DNA of 64,000 nucleotides, taken from IMG/VR virus record IMGVR_UViG_3300025678_000009, positions 17,698 to 81,697 of that record; one strand, written 5' to 3'. Origin of the DNA: a virus (lineage: Duplodnaviria > Caudoviricetes). The notes under the pieces were generated by a model, which saw only the letters and a list, made by a program, of their open reading frames with translations, did no database searches and was not told the DNA's origin. The position numbers were made by a program, and so were the translations under genes. Each line of letters opens with the position of its first letter. Positions within the stretch are counted from its first letter, which is position 1. Below are positions 47,853 to 58,063 of this stretch, in pieces.

Positions 47853-48122
47853 ATGAGGAATAAAAAGTATAATATTTCATATACAGAAGATAATGATGGA
47901 TTATATTATCTATGTTTAAATGAAGAAAAAATAGCTACAATTCCTAAAAATATAAATCATCACAAATTAATAGATGTTATTCAAAACTTTATATTAGATT
48001 ATAATAATTTTAACAACTTAGTAATTCAAAATGACGAAGATTATTTAGGTATAATTATAGATTTATATAATGATGAAGACTATCTTTTAGGGTCAACTTA
48101 TTGGTTTGAAGATTTTGAATAA
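47853..48122 (+). CDS. acidic hypothetical protein
   Basis: 89-aa ORF. Confidence 0.6.
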   Translation: MRNKKYNISYTEDNDGLYYLCLNEEKIATIPKNINHHKLIDVIQNFILDYNNFNNLVIQNDEDYLGIIIDLYNDEDYLLGSTYWFEDFE

Positions 48123-48144
48123 GAATTAAATTAATTTTAAAAAT

Positions 48145-48393
48145 ATGCCAACAGTAAATGAAACAATCAAAGCTCTACAAGAGATAGTAGCTTTAAATCC
48201 TAAGTTTGGAGAATTTGAAACTATATATGCTACTGATTATGAAGGAAATGAATATAATAAAGTAATTTCAATTCCATGTTTAGCTAAAGTAGTAGATATA
48301 GAACAAAATAATTATTTAGAAATAATAGATTTTCATAATATAGATGAAAAACCATCATTTTTAGAAAGATGTAATTGTGTAATAATTAATTAA
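48145..48393 (+). CDS. hypothetical protein, paralog of 45208-45444
   Basis: IYATDYEGNEY...PCL...VIIN. Confidence 0.65.
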   Translation: MPTVNETIKALQEIVALNPKFGEFETIYATDYEGNEYNKVISIPCLAKVVDIEQNNYLEIIDFHNIDEKPSFLERCNCVIIN

Positions 48394-48399
48394 GAAAAT

Positions 48400-48585
48400 A
48401 TGGGTAAAATACCAGCAGCAGAAGAATTCTACGATAAAAGTAAACATGATTCTATTTTAGATATAATGACTGATTTTGCTAAACTTCATGTAAAAGCAGC
48501 TTTAAAAGAAGCATTAGAAGCATTTCAGAAATCTATAGAAATAATTGACAATCAAATAATTAAACTTAAAGAAAATGAAAATTAA
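48400..48585 (+). CDS. hypothetical protein
   Basis: FAKLHVKAALKEA motif common in Bacteroidota phages. Confidence 0.6.
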   Translation: MGKIPAAEEFYDKSKHDSILDIMTDFAKLHVKAALKEALEAFQKSIEIIDNQIIKLKENEN

Positions 48586-48949
48586 TATAGAAAAATACCT
48601 TTCAGAAGAAGAAATAAAAGATATATGTAAAGAAGAAATTAGAAAACATGTTAGAAATTGTGTAGGAGATTTATCTGTTTCTTCAGATGTAGGTAGAGTT
48701 TTTGTAACAAAACTTGCTCAAAAGTTAGCTAAAGAAGGAGTTCAAGAAATTATACCTAATTTTAAAGAACTAATAAATGAACAAATAGAATCTCAAATTA
48801 AAAAAGTTACACTTTCTGACTTTTTTGTTAGTTCATTTGGCTGGAGTAATACAGGTAATAAAATTTTAAATGAAGTTTTATCAAATAATAAGGAATTATT
48901 AGATGCTAAAATTAAAGAAATATTTCAAATTAAATTAAAAGAACATTAA
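48575..48949 (+). CDS. hypothetical protein
   Basis: 124-aa ORF. Confidence 0.65.
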   Translation: MKINIEKYLSEEEIKDICKEEIRKHVRNCVGDLSVSSDVGRVFVTKLAQKLAKEGVQEIIPNFKELINEQIESQIKKVTLSDFFVSSFGWSNTGNKILNEVLSNNKELLDAKIKEIFQIKLKEH

Positions 48950-48951
48950 TC

Positions 48952-49224
48952 ATGTCAAGAAAATCAGATTTTGACATATTCTTAGAAAAATTTAACCCTC
49001 TTCACCATCCAAATGAAGAGGGTTTTTATATGTATGAAACATACGGAGAAGAATATGAAATGGTGCAGAAACATATAAAAGAAAAAAGAAATGAATATTG
49101 TTGGACAGTAGTAGATGCTGATGGAAAACTTTATTTAATTCCTGGGTGGCATTGGGCAAATCGAATGGGCTATATATTAACAACAGTTCCTTTTAAAGAA
49201 GGAGAAAGAGATTATAAATATTAA
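48952..49224 (+). CDS. hypothetical protein, paralog of 40211-40621
   Basis: MYETYGEE...WTVVDADG...LIPGWHWANRMGYILT. Confidence 0.7.
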   Translation: MSRKSDFDIFLEKFNPLHHPNEEGFYMYETYGEEYEMVQKHIKEKRNEYCWTVVDADGKLYLIPGWHWANRMGYILTTVPFKEGERDYKY

Positions 49225-49453
49225 AGAATTATGACAGAAAGAAAACTTCTTAAAAGAAATTAGCTAAATTAAAACAATTTAAATCTGCTTTACCAAGATT
49301 AATAGATTGCAGTAATGTAAATGGAGATGACTTTTACAATTCTAAAGATTTAGAAGATGTAAATAAGCAAATTGAAGAAATAGAAAAAATAATAGCAAAA
49401 AATAGGAAAATCACTTGTTGATAAAAATACAAAAGAAATCAAAATAATTAAAT

Positions 49454-49756
49454 ATGGAATTACATTACAAGTGTACCATGTGGTGCAAATTAATATTTTC
49501 TGATGAAACAAATAAAAAAGATTTAATACAAAAATTAAATGAAGGGTATTTACCTTTAGAATTAGGATATAATGAAAGTGTAGAGGGAGTAAATAATACA
49601 GAGTGGATACCTATTAATGATACAGAAGAATTTATATCTGTTGAAGAAAACGATAACCAGTCTACTATTAAATTATATGATAACATATCAAAAGCTCCTA
49701 TATGGGACAATAGTTATGAATCGGAAATTAAAAGAAGGTTAAGTCGTAAAAATTAA
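49454..49756 (+). CDS. hypothetical protein
   Basis: 100-aa ORF. Confidence 0.6.
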   Translation: MELHYKCTMWCKLIFSDETNKKDLIQKLNEGYLPLELGYNESVEGVNNTEWIPINDTEEFISVEENDNQSTIKLYDNISKAPIWDNSYESEIKRRLSRKN

Positions 49757-49794
49757 AGTTTATAAATATTTTAAAAAATTTAACTAATTGATTT

Positions 49795-50061
49795 ATGATT
49801 AAGTTTTCAAAAATTCAAAGAGGTTATTACCCTATATCATATTCCGATATAAATAAATATATAAAGGTCTGTAGAAAGTGGGATTATGGAAATAAAGACA
49901 CCTGTAAATATTGTGCAGAACAAATTATAGAAAAATTACAATTAATTCACCCTTCTTTAATAATTAAAGATTCATTATATAATGAATTGGTAGAAATAAT
50001 ACATGATTTAAATAATGGAAAATTGTATAAAAATAAACATCTTTTAATTTCTATAAATTAA
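49795..50061 (+). CDS. hypothetical protein
   Basis: 88-aa ORF. Confidence 0.55.
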   Translation: MIKFSKIQRGYYPISYSDINKYIKVCRKWDYGNKDTCKYCAEQIIEKLQLIHPSLIIKDSLYNELVEIIHDLNNGKLYKNKHLLISIN

Positions 50062-50065
50062 TATT

Positions 50066-50518
50066 ATGATAGAAAAAAAATTAGCATTATGTCAACATTT
50101 AGGTATTGATTATTTTAATTATAATGAGGAATATTATATAGGAAGTAATCAAGATAAATTTGACGAAGAAACATCTTCTTTAGTTGAAGAAGAAATAGAG
50201 AAATTATTAGAAGATTATTTATTAGTAGATAGTGAAATTAATAATGAATATGATAATACATACAATTATGAAAAAAATGAATATCTAATAGTAACAGATG
50301 AAGAAGCTGAAGAAGAATGGGAAAATAATTTAGATAATTATATAGAAGAATGTGTACTTCCTGAACTACCTAAACAATATAGATATTATTTTGATGAAGA
50401 TAGTTTTAAAAGAGATTGTAAATATGATGGAAGAGGACATTCTTTAGCTTCTTATGATGGGAGGGAAAATGAAGAAATAGTAGGAAACATTTATTATTAT
50501 ATTTATAGAATAAATTAA
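50066..50518 (+). CDS. very acidic protein with ArdA-like C-terminal motif
   Basis: YYFDEDSFKRDCKYDG resembles ArdA YFDYEAxGRD. Confidence 0.55.
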   Translation: MIEKKLALCQHLGIDYFNYNEEYYIGSNQDKFDEETSSLVEEEIEKLLEDYLLVDSEINNEYDNTYNYEKNEYLIVTDEEAEEEWENNLDNYIEECVLPELPKQYRYYFDEDSFKRDCKYDGRGHSLASYDGRENEEIVGNIYYYIYRIN

Positions 50519-50523
50519 ACTAA

Positions 50524-50862
50524 ATGGAAAATTCACTGACAAATCAACTTATAGATAATTACTACGATGAATTGTCTAAAGTAAGAACTGAACTTACAAA
50601 CAGAATAAAAGATATTGTAAAAGAAAATATAGTTATATATGACACTTCAGAAGGTACAGATGATACCTACTATGAACTTCCTACTTTTTATACAGTAAAC
50701 AAGTATAGTCAATATGATACTTACAGCATTGTTAAGATTACTAAAGACTTAGAAATAGTAGGTAATGGTTGGGATGAGGGTAATACTTACACGCAAGATA
50801 TTACAGAACTTACTTTAGATAGTTTATACGAATTATACATCGAATTAACAAAAGGGAATTAA
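50524..50862 (+). CDS. acidic hypothetical protein
   Basis: 112-aa ORF. Confidence 0.6.
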   Translation: MENSLTNQLIDNYYDELSKVRTELTNRIKDIVKENIVIYDTSEGTDDTYYELPTFYTVNKYSQYDTYSIVKITKDLEIVGNGWDEGNTYTQDITELTLDSLYELYIELTKGN

Positions 50863-51416
50863 TGATAAGTGAAAAACAGATTGTGAAAAATTTAGATAGG
50901 GTCTGGCAAATGTCAGACCCTTTTTTAATTGATGGAAAAGAATGGTACTATAAAGCAAGAGATTATGCAGATGAATTAGCTATCGAGTTTAAAATTGATT
51001 TGTATCAATCAGCAGCTATAATAAGTGCATTAAGTCCACTTAAAGAATGGAATCTCAATAAAAGAATTGCAAGAGAGTTTTTAGAAGGAAAGAGAGATAT
51101 TCATTTTTATAGACAAGTTCAAAAGGCAAAAAGAGTATTGATGACTGAAAAAGAGCATAGAGTTCCAGTAATTCTTAACGGTAGAAAAACTATTTCTTTT
51201 TATAAAAATATTTATACTCCTTGGGACAATGAATTTGTTACAGTGGATACACATGTAGTAGATGCGCTTATAGCTCCTAAAGCGAATATAACTCCAAAGC
51301 GTTATAATTTAATACAAACTTCAATTACAAATCATGCAAAAAAGGTAAATTTGAGACCTTGTGAGGTACAAAGCATACTATGGTTAACACACAAAAATTA
51401 TAAAAATGGAAGATAA
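50862..51416 (+). CDS. conserved phage protein with helix-hairpin-helix glycosylase-like motifs
   Basis: WY..A, ISALSP..EW..N, VTVDTH and QSILW. Confidence 0.5.
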   Translation: MISEKQIVKNLDRVWQMSDPFLIDGKEWYYKARDYADELAIEFKIDLYQSAAIISALSPLKEWNLNKRIAREFLEGKRDIHFYRQVQKAKRVLMTEKEHRVPVILNGRKTISFYKNIYTPWDNEFVTVDTHVVDALIAPKANITPKRYNLIQTSITNHAKKVNLRPCEVQSILWLTHKNYKNGR

Positions 51417-51606
51417 TATAGAAACAAACAGTGCATCTTTTAGAATACAATTAAGTTCAAATTGGTTTAGGGAGAATGATATAATTTCCGAAGATTTAGT
51501 TGTTTTAGAAAAACCTAAAAGAAAATGGTACAAAGTATTTTTTCAATTTTTAACCATAGGGTTTTATCAAGCACCTTGGGAATATAAAGTAAAAAGAAAA
51601 AAATGA
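51406..51606 (+). CDS. hypothetical protein
   Basis: coupled ORF. Confidence 0.55.
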   Translation: MEDNIETNSASFRIQLSSNWFRENDIISEDLVVLEKPKRKWYKVFFQFLTIGFYQAPWEYKVKRKK

Positions 51607-51929
51607 AAATATTTAAAGAATTAAAAAAACTTGGTTACAAGCATTATACAGAATACACTATTGAAGAACTATACAACTTACCATTAAACTCTGAAGAAAG
51701 AATAATAGAACAATCTTTAGTTTTGAGATGGTTTAGAGAGAAGTATAATCTACCAAGCCATATTCATACTATGTGGCAATATGATTGGAATAATTATTCT
51801 TATCAATGGCATATTACAGAAAATAAAGAAGAATGGAATTGTATAGAACATTTCAAAACATATGAAGAAGCAGAACAAGCTTGTTTAGATAGATTAATTG
51901 AAATAGTAAATGAAAGTAAAAAAGATTAG
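51603..51929 (+). CDS. hypothetical protein
   Basis: WFREKY...TYEEAEQACL motif common in Bacteroidota phages. Confidence 0.65.
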   Translation: MKIFKELKKLGYKHYTEYTIEELYNLPLNSEERIIEQSLVLRWFREKYNLPSHIHTMWQYDWNNYSYQWHITENKEEWNCIEHFKTYEEAEQACLDRLIEIVNESKKD

Positions 51930-52173
51930 AAACAAAAATGAACTGCCTCCTAAACCTAAAAAATTGCCCGAAAAGAAAACAGTGGTTAGGTTTGATTTTG
52001 AGGGTGATGATGGTTTAAAATATAGAATACCTAAAGCAAGATTAAAGATTAATGAAAATGGAGGAGCAAGCTGTCTTATAAAAGATGAAAATAATAAATG
52101 GAAAGCTATTAAAGGTAAATTGAAATCTATAAAAATTGTTTATGAAACTAAAAAAGTAAAAAAAAATAAATGA
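51910..52173 (+). CDS. basic hypothetical protein
   Basis: coupled ORF. Confidence 0.55.
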   Translation: MKVKKIRNKNELPPKPKKLPEKKTVVRFDFEGDDGLKYRIPKARLKINENGGASCLIKDENNKWKAIKGKLKSIKIVYETKKVKKNK

Positions 52174-52811
52174 ATAACATATTAATTAAATCTATTTCTT
52201 ACGATGAAAATGAAATATTAAATAACATTATAAAACTTCATTGTAAAACAAATATTGAATTAGATGCTACTTTTAGTAAAGGTAATTTTTACAAAGGAAA
52301 AGTTAAAGAACCAATCTGGAAATTCGATTTATATCCTCAAGTAAGTGGAGTTGTTAAAGCTGATTGTAGAGATTTATCTAATTATGTAAAAGATGGTTGC
52401 ATCAATACTTTAATATTTGACCCTCCATTTTTAGCTACCAAAGGTAAATCTTTAGATATTAATAACCAATCAAATAAGATAAATAAGAGATTTGGTATTT
52501 ATCCTACCGAAAAAGAACTTCATCAATTTTATATAGATAGCCTTAAAGAATTTTATAGAATACTTAAAAATAATGGTATTTTAATATTTAAATGTCAAGA
52601 TAAAGTAAGTTCAGGAAATCAATATTTAAGTCATGTATTTATTATAAACGAAGCAGAAAAAATGGGGTTTTATATCAAAGATTTATTTATTTTATTAGCT
52701 AAAAATAGAATAGTTGCTAATTGGCAACTCAAAAATCAAAAAAATGCAAGAAAATTTCATTGTTATTATTTAGTTTTGCAAAAAAGTAAAAAGAAAATAA
52801 ACTATATATGA
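52170..52811 (+). CDS. amino-type (N6-A/N4-C) DNA methyltransferase
   Basis: LDATFSKG, FDPPF and RILKNNGILIFKCQD. Confidence 0.75.
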   Translation: MNNILIKSISYDENEILNNIIKLHCKTNIELDATFSKGNFYKGKVKEPIWKFDLYPQVSGVVKADCRDLSNYVKDGCINTLIFDPPFLATKGKSLDINNQSNKINKRFGIYPTEKELHQFYIDSLKEFYRILKNNGILIFKCQDKVSSGNQYLSHVFIINEAEKMGFYIKDLFILLAKNRIVANWQLKNQKNARKFHCYYLVLQKSKKKINYI

Positions 52812-52993
52812 ATGAACAAATAAAAGAAATTGAGCATGTGATGTATTTAATTGCTCTTAAAAGAAGACACGGTGATTCTTCTATGGAAGTATATATTAAA
52901 TATCCTGGAACTTTATCTCATTTACAATCAATAGGTTATGATGTAAATGAAATAGAAAGAGATTGTTTAACTAAAATTATTGTGACATGGTAG
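52808..52993 (+). CDS. hypothetical protein
   Basis: coupled ORF. Confidence 0.5.
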   Translation: MNEQIKEIEHVMYLIALKRRHGDSSMEVYIKYPGTLSHLQSIGYDVNEIERDCLTKIIVTW

Positions 52994-53029
52994 TATATAA
53001 TATTTAAAAAATTATAGTATCTTTAGGAA

Positions 53030-54085
53030 ATGAAAATTTGTGGAATATATAAAATAACTTCTCCTTCTGGTCGAATTTATATTGGACAAAGTATTGATAT
53101 ACAAAAAAGATGGAATCAATATAAATATAATAGTTGTAAATCCCAAACCAAATTATATAACTCACTCAAAAAGTATGGATGGGAAAATCATAAATTTGAA
53201 ATAATAGAAGAATGTAGTAAAGAAGAACTTTCCAACAGAGAAAAGTTCTGGGAAAGTACTATAGAGAAAAAATGTCTACTAAACATTATAGAATGTGGTA
53301 AAACTCCTCCTAAAAATAACAAACAATCATTTATTGAAAGATATGGGGCAAAAGAAGGTATTAAAAAATGGAATAGTTATATAAACAATAAATCTATAAA
53401 GGCTTCTGGTAAAATAGCATGGAATAAAGGAAAGACTGGAAACCAAAGTCATATGTATGGAATTATAGTTAAAGAAAATTCCAAAATAAAACAAGTACAA
53501 AATTCAAAATATAATAAATTATATCAATATGATAAAGAAGGAAATTTTATTAAAGAGTGGGAAAGAATATCAATTGCAAAAAAGGAATTGAATATCTCTA
53601 TAAACTGCACAACTAATTTAGAAAAAATAAAATATTCTGGAGGGTATATATGGTTTTCAGAAAAACATAAATGCTTAATAGTAGATTTAAAGAAGTTTAT
53701 TGATTTATCTAAAATAAAACCTAAAAGAGTTTTTAATTCCTATATTCTAAGTGAAATGCAAAACAGAATGAGAAAAATTGCGAAAAATAAAGAATACCAT
53801 GAAAAAGCTATCTTTAATAGGGAAAGTAATTTATCTAATGAAGATAAACTTAGAAGAATAGAATTTGCAAAAACTCTATACTTAAAAAGTAATCTACAGA
53901 AATCTATTTTACAGTATGATTTAGATGGTAATTTTATCAAAAAATGGTCTTCTATAACTGAGGCTGCTAAAACTATTGATAGTATAAATTTTAAATCTAT
54001 TATACCAAAAATAATAATGGTAGCTAAAGGTAAAAGAAATAAAACGAGAGGTTTTAAATGGTGCTATGAAAAAATGGAAATATAA
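53030..54085 (+). CDS. GIY-YIG homing endonuclease with NUMOD repeats
   Basis: GIYKITSPSGRIYIGQS and two LYQYDxxGNFIKxW modules. Confidence 0.9.
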   Translation: MKICGIYKITSPSGRIYIGQSIDIQKRWNQYKYNSCKSQTKLYNSLKKYGWENHKFEIIEECSKEELSNREKFWESTIEKKCLLNIIECGKTPPKNNKQSFIERYGAKEGIKKWNSYINNKSIKASGKIAWNKGKTGNQSHMYGIIVKENSKIKQVQNSKYNKLYQYDKEGNFIKEWERISIAKKELNISINCTTNLEKIKYSGGYIWFSEKHKCLIVDLKKFIDLSKIKPKRVFNSYILSEMQNRMRKIAKNKEYHEKAIFNRESNLSNEDKLRRIEFAKTLYLKSNLQKSILQYDLDGNFIKKWSSITEAAKTIDSINFKSIIPKIIMVAKGKRNKTRGFKWCYEKMEI

Positions 54086-54506
54086 TGAAAAATATATAAA
54101 CTCTATAGAGGATTGTCCAAAAGAATCAATAGGTTTTGTATATAAAATAACTAATAAAAAAAATGATTCATATTATATAGGGTCTAAAAAATTATTTTTT
54201 AAAAAAACTAAGAAAATTAGTAAGAAGAAAGCTAATGAAATTTATAAAGGAAGGGGTCGTAAAAAAACTAAAGAAACTATTAAAACAGAATCGGATTTTT
54301 TAGAATATCTTTCATCATCAAAGAAAGTACAGGAAATGATTGCAGAACAAGGGTTAGAAAATTTTAGATTTGATATCTTAAAGTTTTGTTCATCCTACAC
54401 CGAAATGATGATGGAAGAAACTTTCTTAATTTTACAATCTTTTATAAATAAGGAGGAAAAAATCTTAAATGATTGGCTTTCACTTAAAATTCGTAAACCA
54501 AAATAA
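54066..54506 (+). CDS. GIY-YIG family (Seg-like) nuclease
   Basis: GFVYKITN...YYIGSK and YLSSS. Confidence 0.7.
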   Translation: MKKWKYNEKYINSIEDCPKESIGFVYKITNKKNDSYYIGSKKLFFKKTKKISKKKANEIYKGRGRKKTKETIKTESDFLEYLSSSKKVQEMIAEQGLENFRFDILKFCSSYTEMMMEETFLILQSFINKEEKILNDWLSLKIRKPK

Positions 54507-54507
54507 A

Positions 54508-54807
54508 ATGAAAACAGAAGAAGTAGTAGATAGACTAACGAGTAGACTTTGGGGTAAAGATGCAGAAAAAGAACATAATTTTTCCCATTATTTTTCTTAT
54601 ATAAAAAACGGTTATATTGAATCAATTTCTCTAACTGTAAATGAAGAAAACTTTTCAATCAATATAGATTTATGGAATAGTGAAAATGATGATAGAGAAT
54701 GGATTGAAAGTATAAATGATTATGACGATTTATTTCACCATATACTATGGAAATACGAAAAAGTAATTTCAACATTATTAGAAATAAAAAAAGATTTAAT
54801 TATATGA
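54508..54807 (+). CDS. hypothetical protein
   Basis: ORF with likely start at MKTEE. Confidence 0.55.
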   Translation: MKTEEVVDRLTSRLWGKDAEKEHNFSHYFSYIKNGYIESISLTVNEENFSINIDLWNSENDDREWIESINDYDDLFHHILWKYEKVISTLLEIKKDLII

Positions 54808-55157
54808 AAGTAACATTAAATATCGAGAACGATGCTGAATTAAGAACATACATTAAAGATTGTATAAAAGGTCAAGTTTTAAGTATTGTTAGAGAAGAAT
54901 TTCTTGAAATTGTAAAAGAAGAATTGGAGAAAAAGATAAAAGGAACCTCAAAATATCAATTTAAAACTATGCAGCAAGAAGCTATGAATAAAGCAACAAG
55001 CGATATTCTTCGAACAGAACACAATGTTGCAAGTTGGAATCAAAGTTTTATAGAACCATATATAAATAAAAAGATGGATGAGGTTCTAAAAAATAAAAAT
55101 TGGAAACTATTGGTAGATACTTTAGCAAAAGAAAAGGTTAAAAAATTAATAGAATGA
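54804..55157 (+). CDS. hypothetical protein
   Basis: ORF with likely start at MKVTL. Confidence 0.6.
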   Translation: MKVTLNIENDAELRTYIKDCIKGQVLSIVREEFLEIVKEELEKKIKGTSKYQFKTMQQEAMNKATSDILRTEHNVASWNQSFIEPYINKKMDEVLKNKNWKLLVDTLAKEKVKKLIE

Positions 55158-55160
55158 TTT

Positions 55161-56243
55161 ATGCAAATAAACAAATCAGAATACAGAAAAATAAATAAAC
55201 TTAGTGCAAGTGATATTAAGTTATTTGAAAAAGACAGAAATAAATTCTATAGAACTAAAATATTAGGAGAGCGTCAAGAAGATTTGACTTCTTCTGCTAT
55301 AGTCCTTGGAACATTGGTAGACTTTATTTTGAGCGAGTGCAGAGGTTCTTTAGATGAATTTGATAGACGTTTTGATGAAAAGTTTAAATTGCTGAGTGTA
55401 AAAAAAGGTAGTGGTCAAATGTTTTTATTAGTAGATGAACTTTTTAAACTTACGCTTAGAGATATGGATGAAGAAGGAAATATAACTTCTTCATTTTCAA
55501 CTCGTTTTGAAGAAGCGTTTGATAAAATTCAATCTCAAGATAAATTTAAAGGTAAAAAAGTAGAATGGGCTTTAGAACAATTTAGAAATTCAGATGAAGA
55601 AATTTATTTCCAAGAATGTTTAAGTTCTATAGGAAAATATGTAGTAGACCAATCAATGCTGGAAAAAGCTAAATCTGTAGTAGAAAGAGTTATTCAAGAT
55701 GAAAATATTAATTGGTTATTTAATGGTGCTCAAGAGTTAGATAATTTAGGTAAAACTGTCATAGAATTTGAATATCTAGGAATGGAATGTAAATGTGAAA
55801 TAGATGATTTATCTATTGACCATTTAAATAAAAAAATAATTATTACTGAAATTAAGACATCTTACGATATTGAAGATTCATTCGAATATACATATCTAAA
55901 AAGAAGATATGATTTAGCTGCTGGGTTTTATTACCTAGCTGTAAATCAAGAATTTAGAGAAAAACAAGGTCTACAAGATTACGAGATAGAATTTCAGTTT
56001 TTAGCAGTAGATACTTCTAAAGAAAAATTACGACCTCTTATTTACAAATTGTCTAAGATTGATATTGACAATTCCATTAACGGATTTACTTTAAAAACAG
56101 GTCATTATTACAAAGGATTGATTGAACTAATAAATGAAATCAAATGGTGTAATGAACAAAGTCAATGGTCAATTTCAAAAATTGCTTATGAGAATAACAG
56201 TATATTAAATTTAGAAATTAATTATGATACTACAGAAGAATGA
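55161..56243 (+). CDS. PD-(D/E)XK exonuclease, RecE/ExoVIII-like
   Basis: LSASDIK, LGTLVD, KCEIDD, EIKTS and YDLAAGFY. Confidence 0.75.
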   Translation: MQINKSEYRKINKLSASDIKLFEKDRNKFYRTKILGERQEDLTSSAIVLGTLVDFILSECRGSLDEFDRRFDEKFKLLSVKKGSGQMFLLVDELFKLTLRDMDEEGNITSSFSTRFEEAFDKIQSQDKFKGKKVEWALEQFRNSDEEIYFQECLSSIGKYVVDQSMLEKAKSVVERVIQDENINWLFNGAQELDNLGKTVIEFEYLGMECKCEIDDLSIDHLNKKIIITEIKTSYDIEDSFEYTYLKRRYDLAAGFYYLAVNQEFREKQGLQDYEIEFQFLAVDTSKEKLRPLIYKLSKIDIDNSINGFTLKTGHYYKGLIELINEIKWCNEQSQWSISKIAYENNSILNLEINYDTTEE

Positions 56244-56514
56244 AATACAAGATATTATAAATAAAAAATCAAATTCTAAAAATGACCTTTACATTAGTGA
56301 AGAAGAGTGTTTAAATTTAATAGAAACTTATATCTTTTATAAGAAAGGTATAAAAATAAATGATATTATTCCTCCTACTGTCTATCTTAAACAAGGAGCA
56401 TTAGGTAAATTATTAGGACAAGAACATTTAAAATTAATGCATTTAGCAACAGATATTGCTTGGTCATACTTTGTAAAAGAACTTAACGAAAGTTTTACAG
56501 AAGAAAAACATTAA
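56224..56514 (+). CDS. hypothetical protein
   Basis: 96-aa ORF. Confidence 0.55.
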   Translation: MILQKNEIQDIINKKSNSKNDLYISEEECLNLIETYIFYKKGIKINDIIPPTVYLKQGALGKLLGQEHLKLMHLATDIAWSYFVKELNESFTEEKH

Positions 56515-56520
56515 AATTAG

Positions 56521-56528
56521 TATATTTG
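56521..56528 (+). promoter_or_regulatory. -7 promoter box TATATTTG
   Basis: consensus box 4 nt before ATG 56533. Confidence 0.6.
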
Positions 56529-56532
56529 CACT

Positions 56533-56913
56533 ATGGGACAATTACAGAATACGCAAAAAATAAAAGGGTTAAAGTCGCAAGTTGAGAAATTAAAAGCTGA
56601 AAGGCAGTTAATAATTCAAGAAGTTGCTGTAAAGCAACAACAAACTAACATGTTGAAGAGACAAATTTCTGAAATTGAATCTAAGATTAAACAACTTGAA
56701 AATATTACAGAAAGTGAACCAAGATGTTCGGAGCATGCAATTTTAAGACTTTTAGAACGTAAACAAAATATAAATTTAGATTATATCAATGGTTACATCT
56801 TGTCTCCAAAAATAAAGCAAATGTTAGAAGTTTTAGGAGGAAATGGTAAATATCCTCATGAGGATGGATTTACAGTAGTTTTTAAAGATTATACAGCAAC
56901 AACAATTATTTAA
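56533..56913 (+). CDS. coiled-coil protein with HAILRxxER motif
   Basis: 126-aa ORF. Confidence 0.65.
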   Translation: MGQLQNTQKIKGLKSQVEKLKAERQLIIQEVAVKQQQTNMLKRQISEIESKIKQLENITESEPRCSEHAILRLLERKQNINLDYINGYILSPKIKQMLEVLGGNGKYPHEDGFTVVFKDYTATTII

Positions 56914-56915
56914 AT

Positions 56916-57869
56916 ATGGCAAAGAAAGAAGAAAAACAAGGAGTAGACAAAACATTAGCGGATTTGGAAGCTAAATATGGATTAGGTAAATTAAAAAAAG
57001 AAGAATTAATTATTGTAGATAGTGGAAGTTATAGCATTAATAATGCTACTAATTTGGGGGGATACCCATTGGGAAAATTAATAGAAATATATGGAGCAGA
57101 GTCATGTGGAAAGTCAACAATAGTTTTACATGCCATAGCTTCATTCCAAAAAAGATTTCCAGAAAAAAAAGTTGCATTATTTGATTATGAATACAGTTTT
57201 AGTCCAGACTATGCAGAAAATCTAGGGGTAAATGTAGATGAATTATTAATATATCAACCAGATAATCAGGAACAGGGTTATGATATGATAGTAGGTCTTC
57301 TAGAAAAAGAACTATGTTCTTTAGTAGTATTAGATAGCCATACTTCAGCCATTCCTATAAAAATTATAGAAGGTGAAATGGGGGATGCTACTATGGGTCT
57401 ACAAGCTAGGAACAATAGTAAATTTTTAGGAAAAATAAAAGGGTTATTAGATAGAAGTAAAACAACCATGTTAGCTATATCTCAAACCAGAGCTAATATA
57501 GGAGGAATGGGAGATATCAATGTTCCTACTGGAGGAAATTCTTGGAAATTTTATTCAGATATGAGATTCAAAATTTGGAAATCTAATGATAAAGTCAATG
57601 AACTAAATAAAACTACTTTGGACGTAATTAAAAATAAATGTGCTACACCTTTTGGGAAAGCAGAATTTGATATAGTTTGGGGGGAAGGTATAGATACATT
57701 AAAAGAAATAATAGAAATTGCTTCTGAAAAAGGGGTTATTAAAAAAGCAGGTTCGTGGTACAGTTATGAAGAAAACAAAATTGGACAAGGTATAGATTCT
57801 GTAAAAAAATTATTCAAAGATAATCCAGAACTTTTAGAAGAAATCAAACAAAAAATTTTGGAGAAATGA
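56916..57869 (+). CDS. recA: RecA recombinase
   Basis: IEIYGAESCGKST, QPDNQEQ, LDSH, TGGNSWKFYSDMR and KAGSWY. Confidence 0.95.
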   Translation: MAKKEEKQGVDKTLADLEAKYGLGKLKKEELIIVDSGSYSINNATNLGGYPLGKLIEIYGAESCGKSTIVLHAIASFQKRFPEKKVALFDYEYSFSPDYAENLGVNVDELLIYQPDNQEQGYDMIVGLLEKELCSLVVLDSHTSAIPIKIIEGEMGDATMGLQARNNSKFLGKIKGLLDRSKTTMLAISQTRANIGGMGDINVPTGGNSWKFYSDMRFKIWKSNDKVNELNKTTLDVIKNKCATPFGKAEFDIVWGEGIDTLKEIIEIASEKGVIKKAGSWYSYEENKIGQGIDSVKKLFKDNPELLEEIKQKILEK

Positions 57870-58063
57870 AAATAATTGCTAAATTTATAGGCAGAGATGG
57901 TTCTTTAGGTTATAAAAATTGTAAGTATTATCATTTAAATCTTAGAGTGGGTGAAAACAGAGTATGTGTAACAAGAAAAGATGAATGGGGAGGTTCATGG
58001 GAATATTCATCATTCATTAAGTTCTTAGAAAATCGGACAGACATTAATATACAGAATGATTAG
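57866..58063 (+). CDS. hypothetical protein
   Basis: KFIGRDGSLG motif. Confidence 0.55.
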   Translation: MKIIAKFIGRDGSLGYKNCKYYHLNLRVGENRVCVTRKDEWGGSWEYSSFIKFLENRTDINIQND

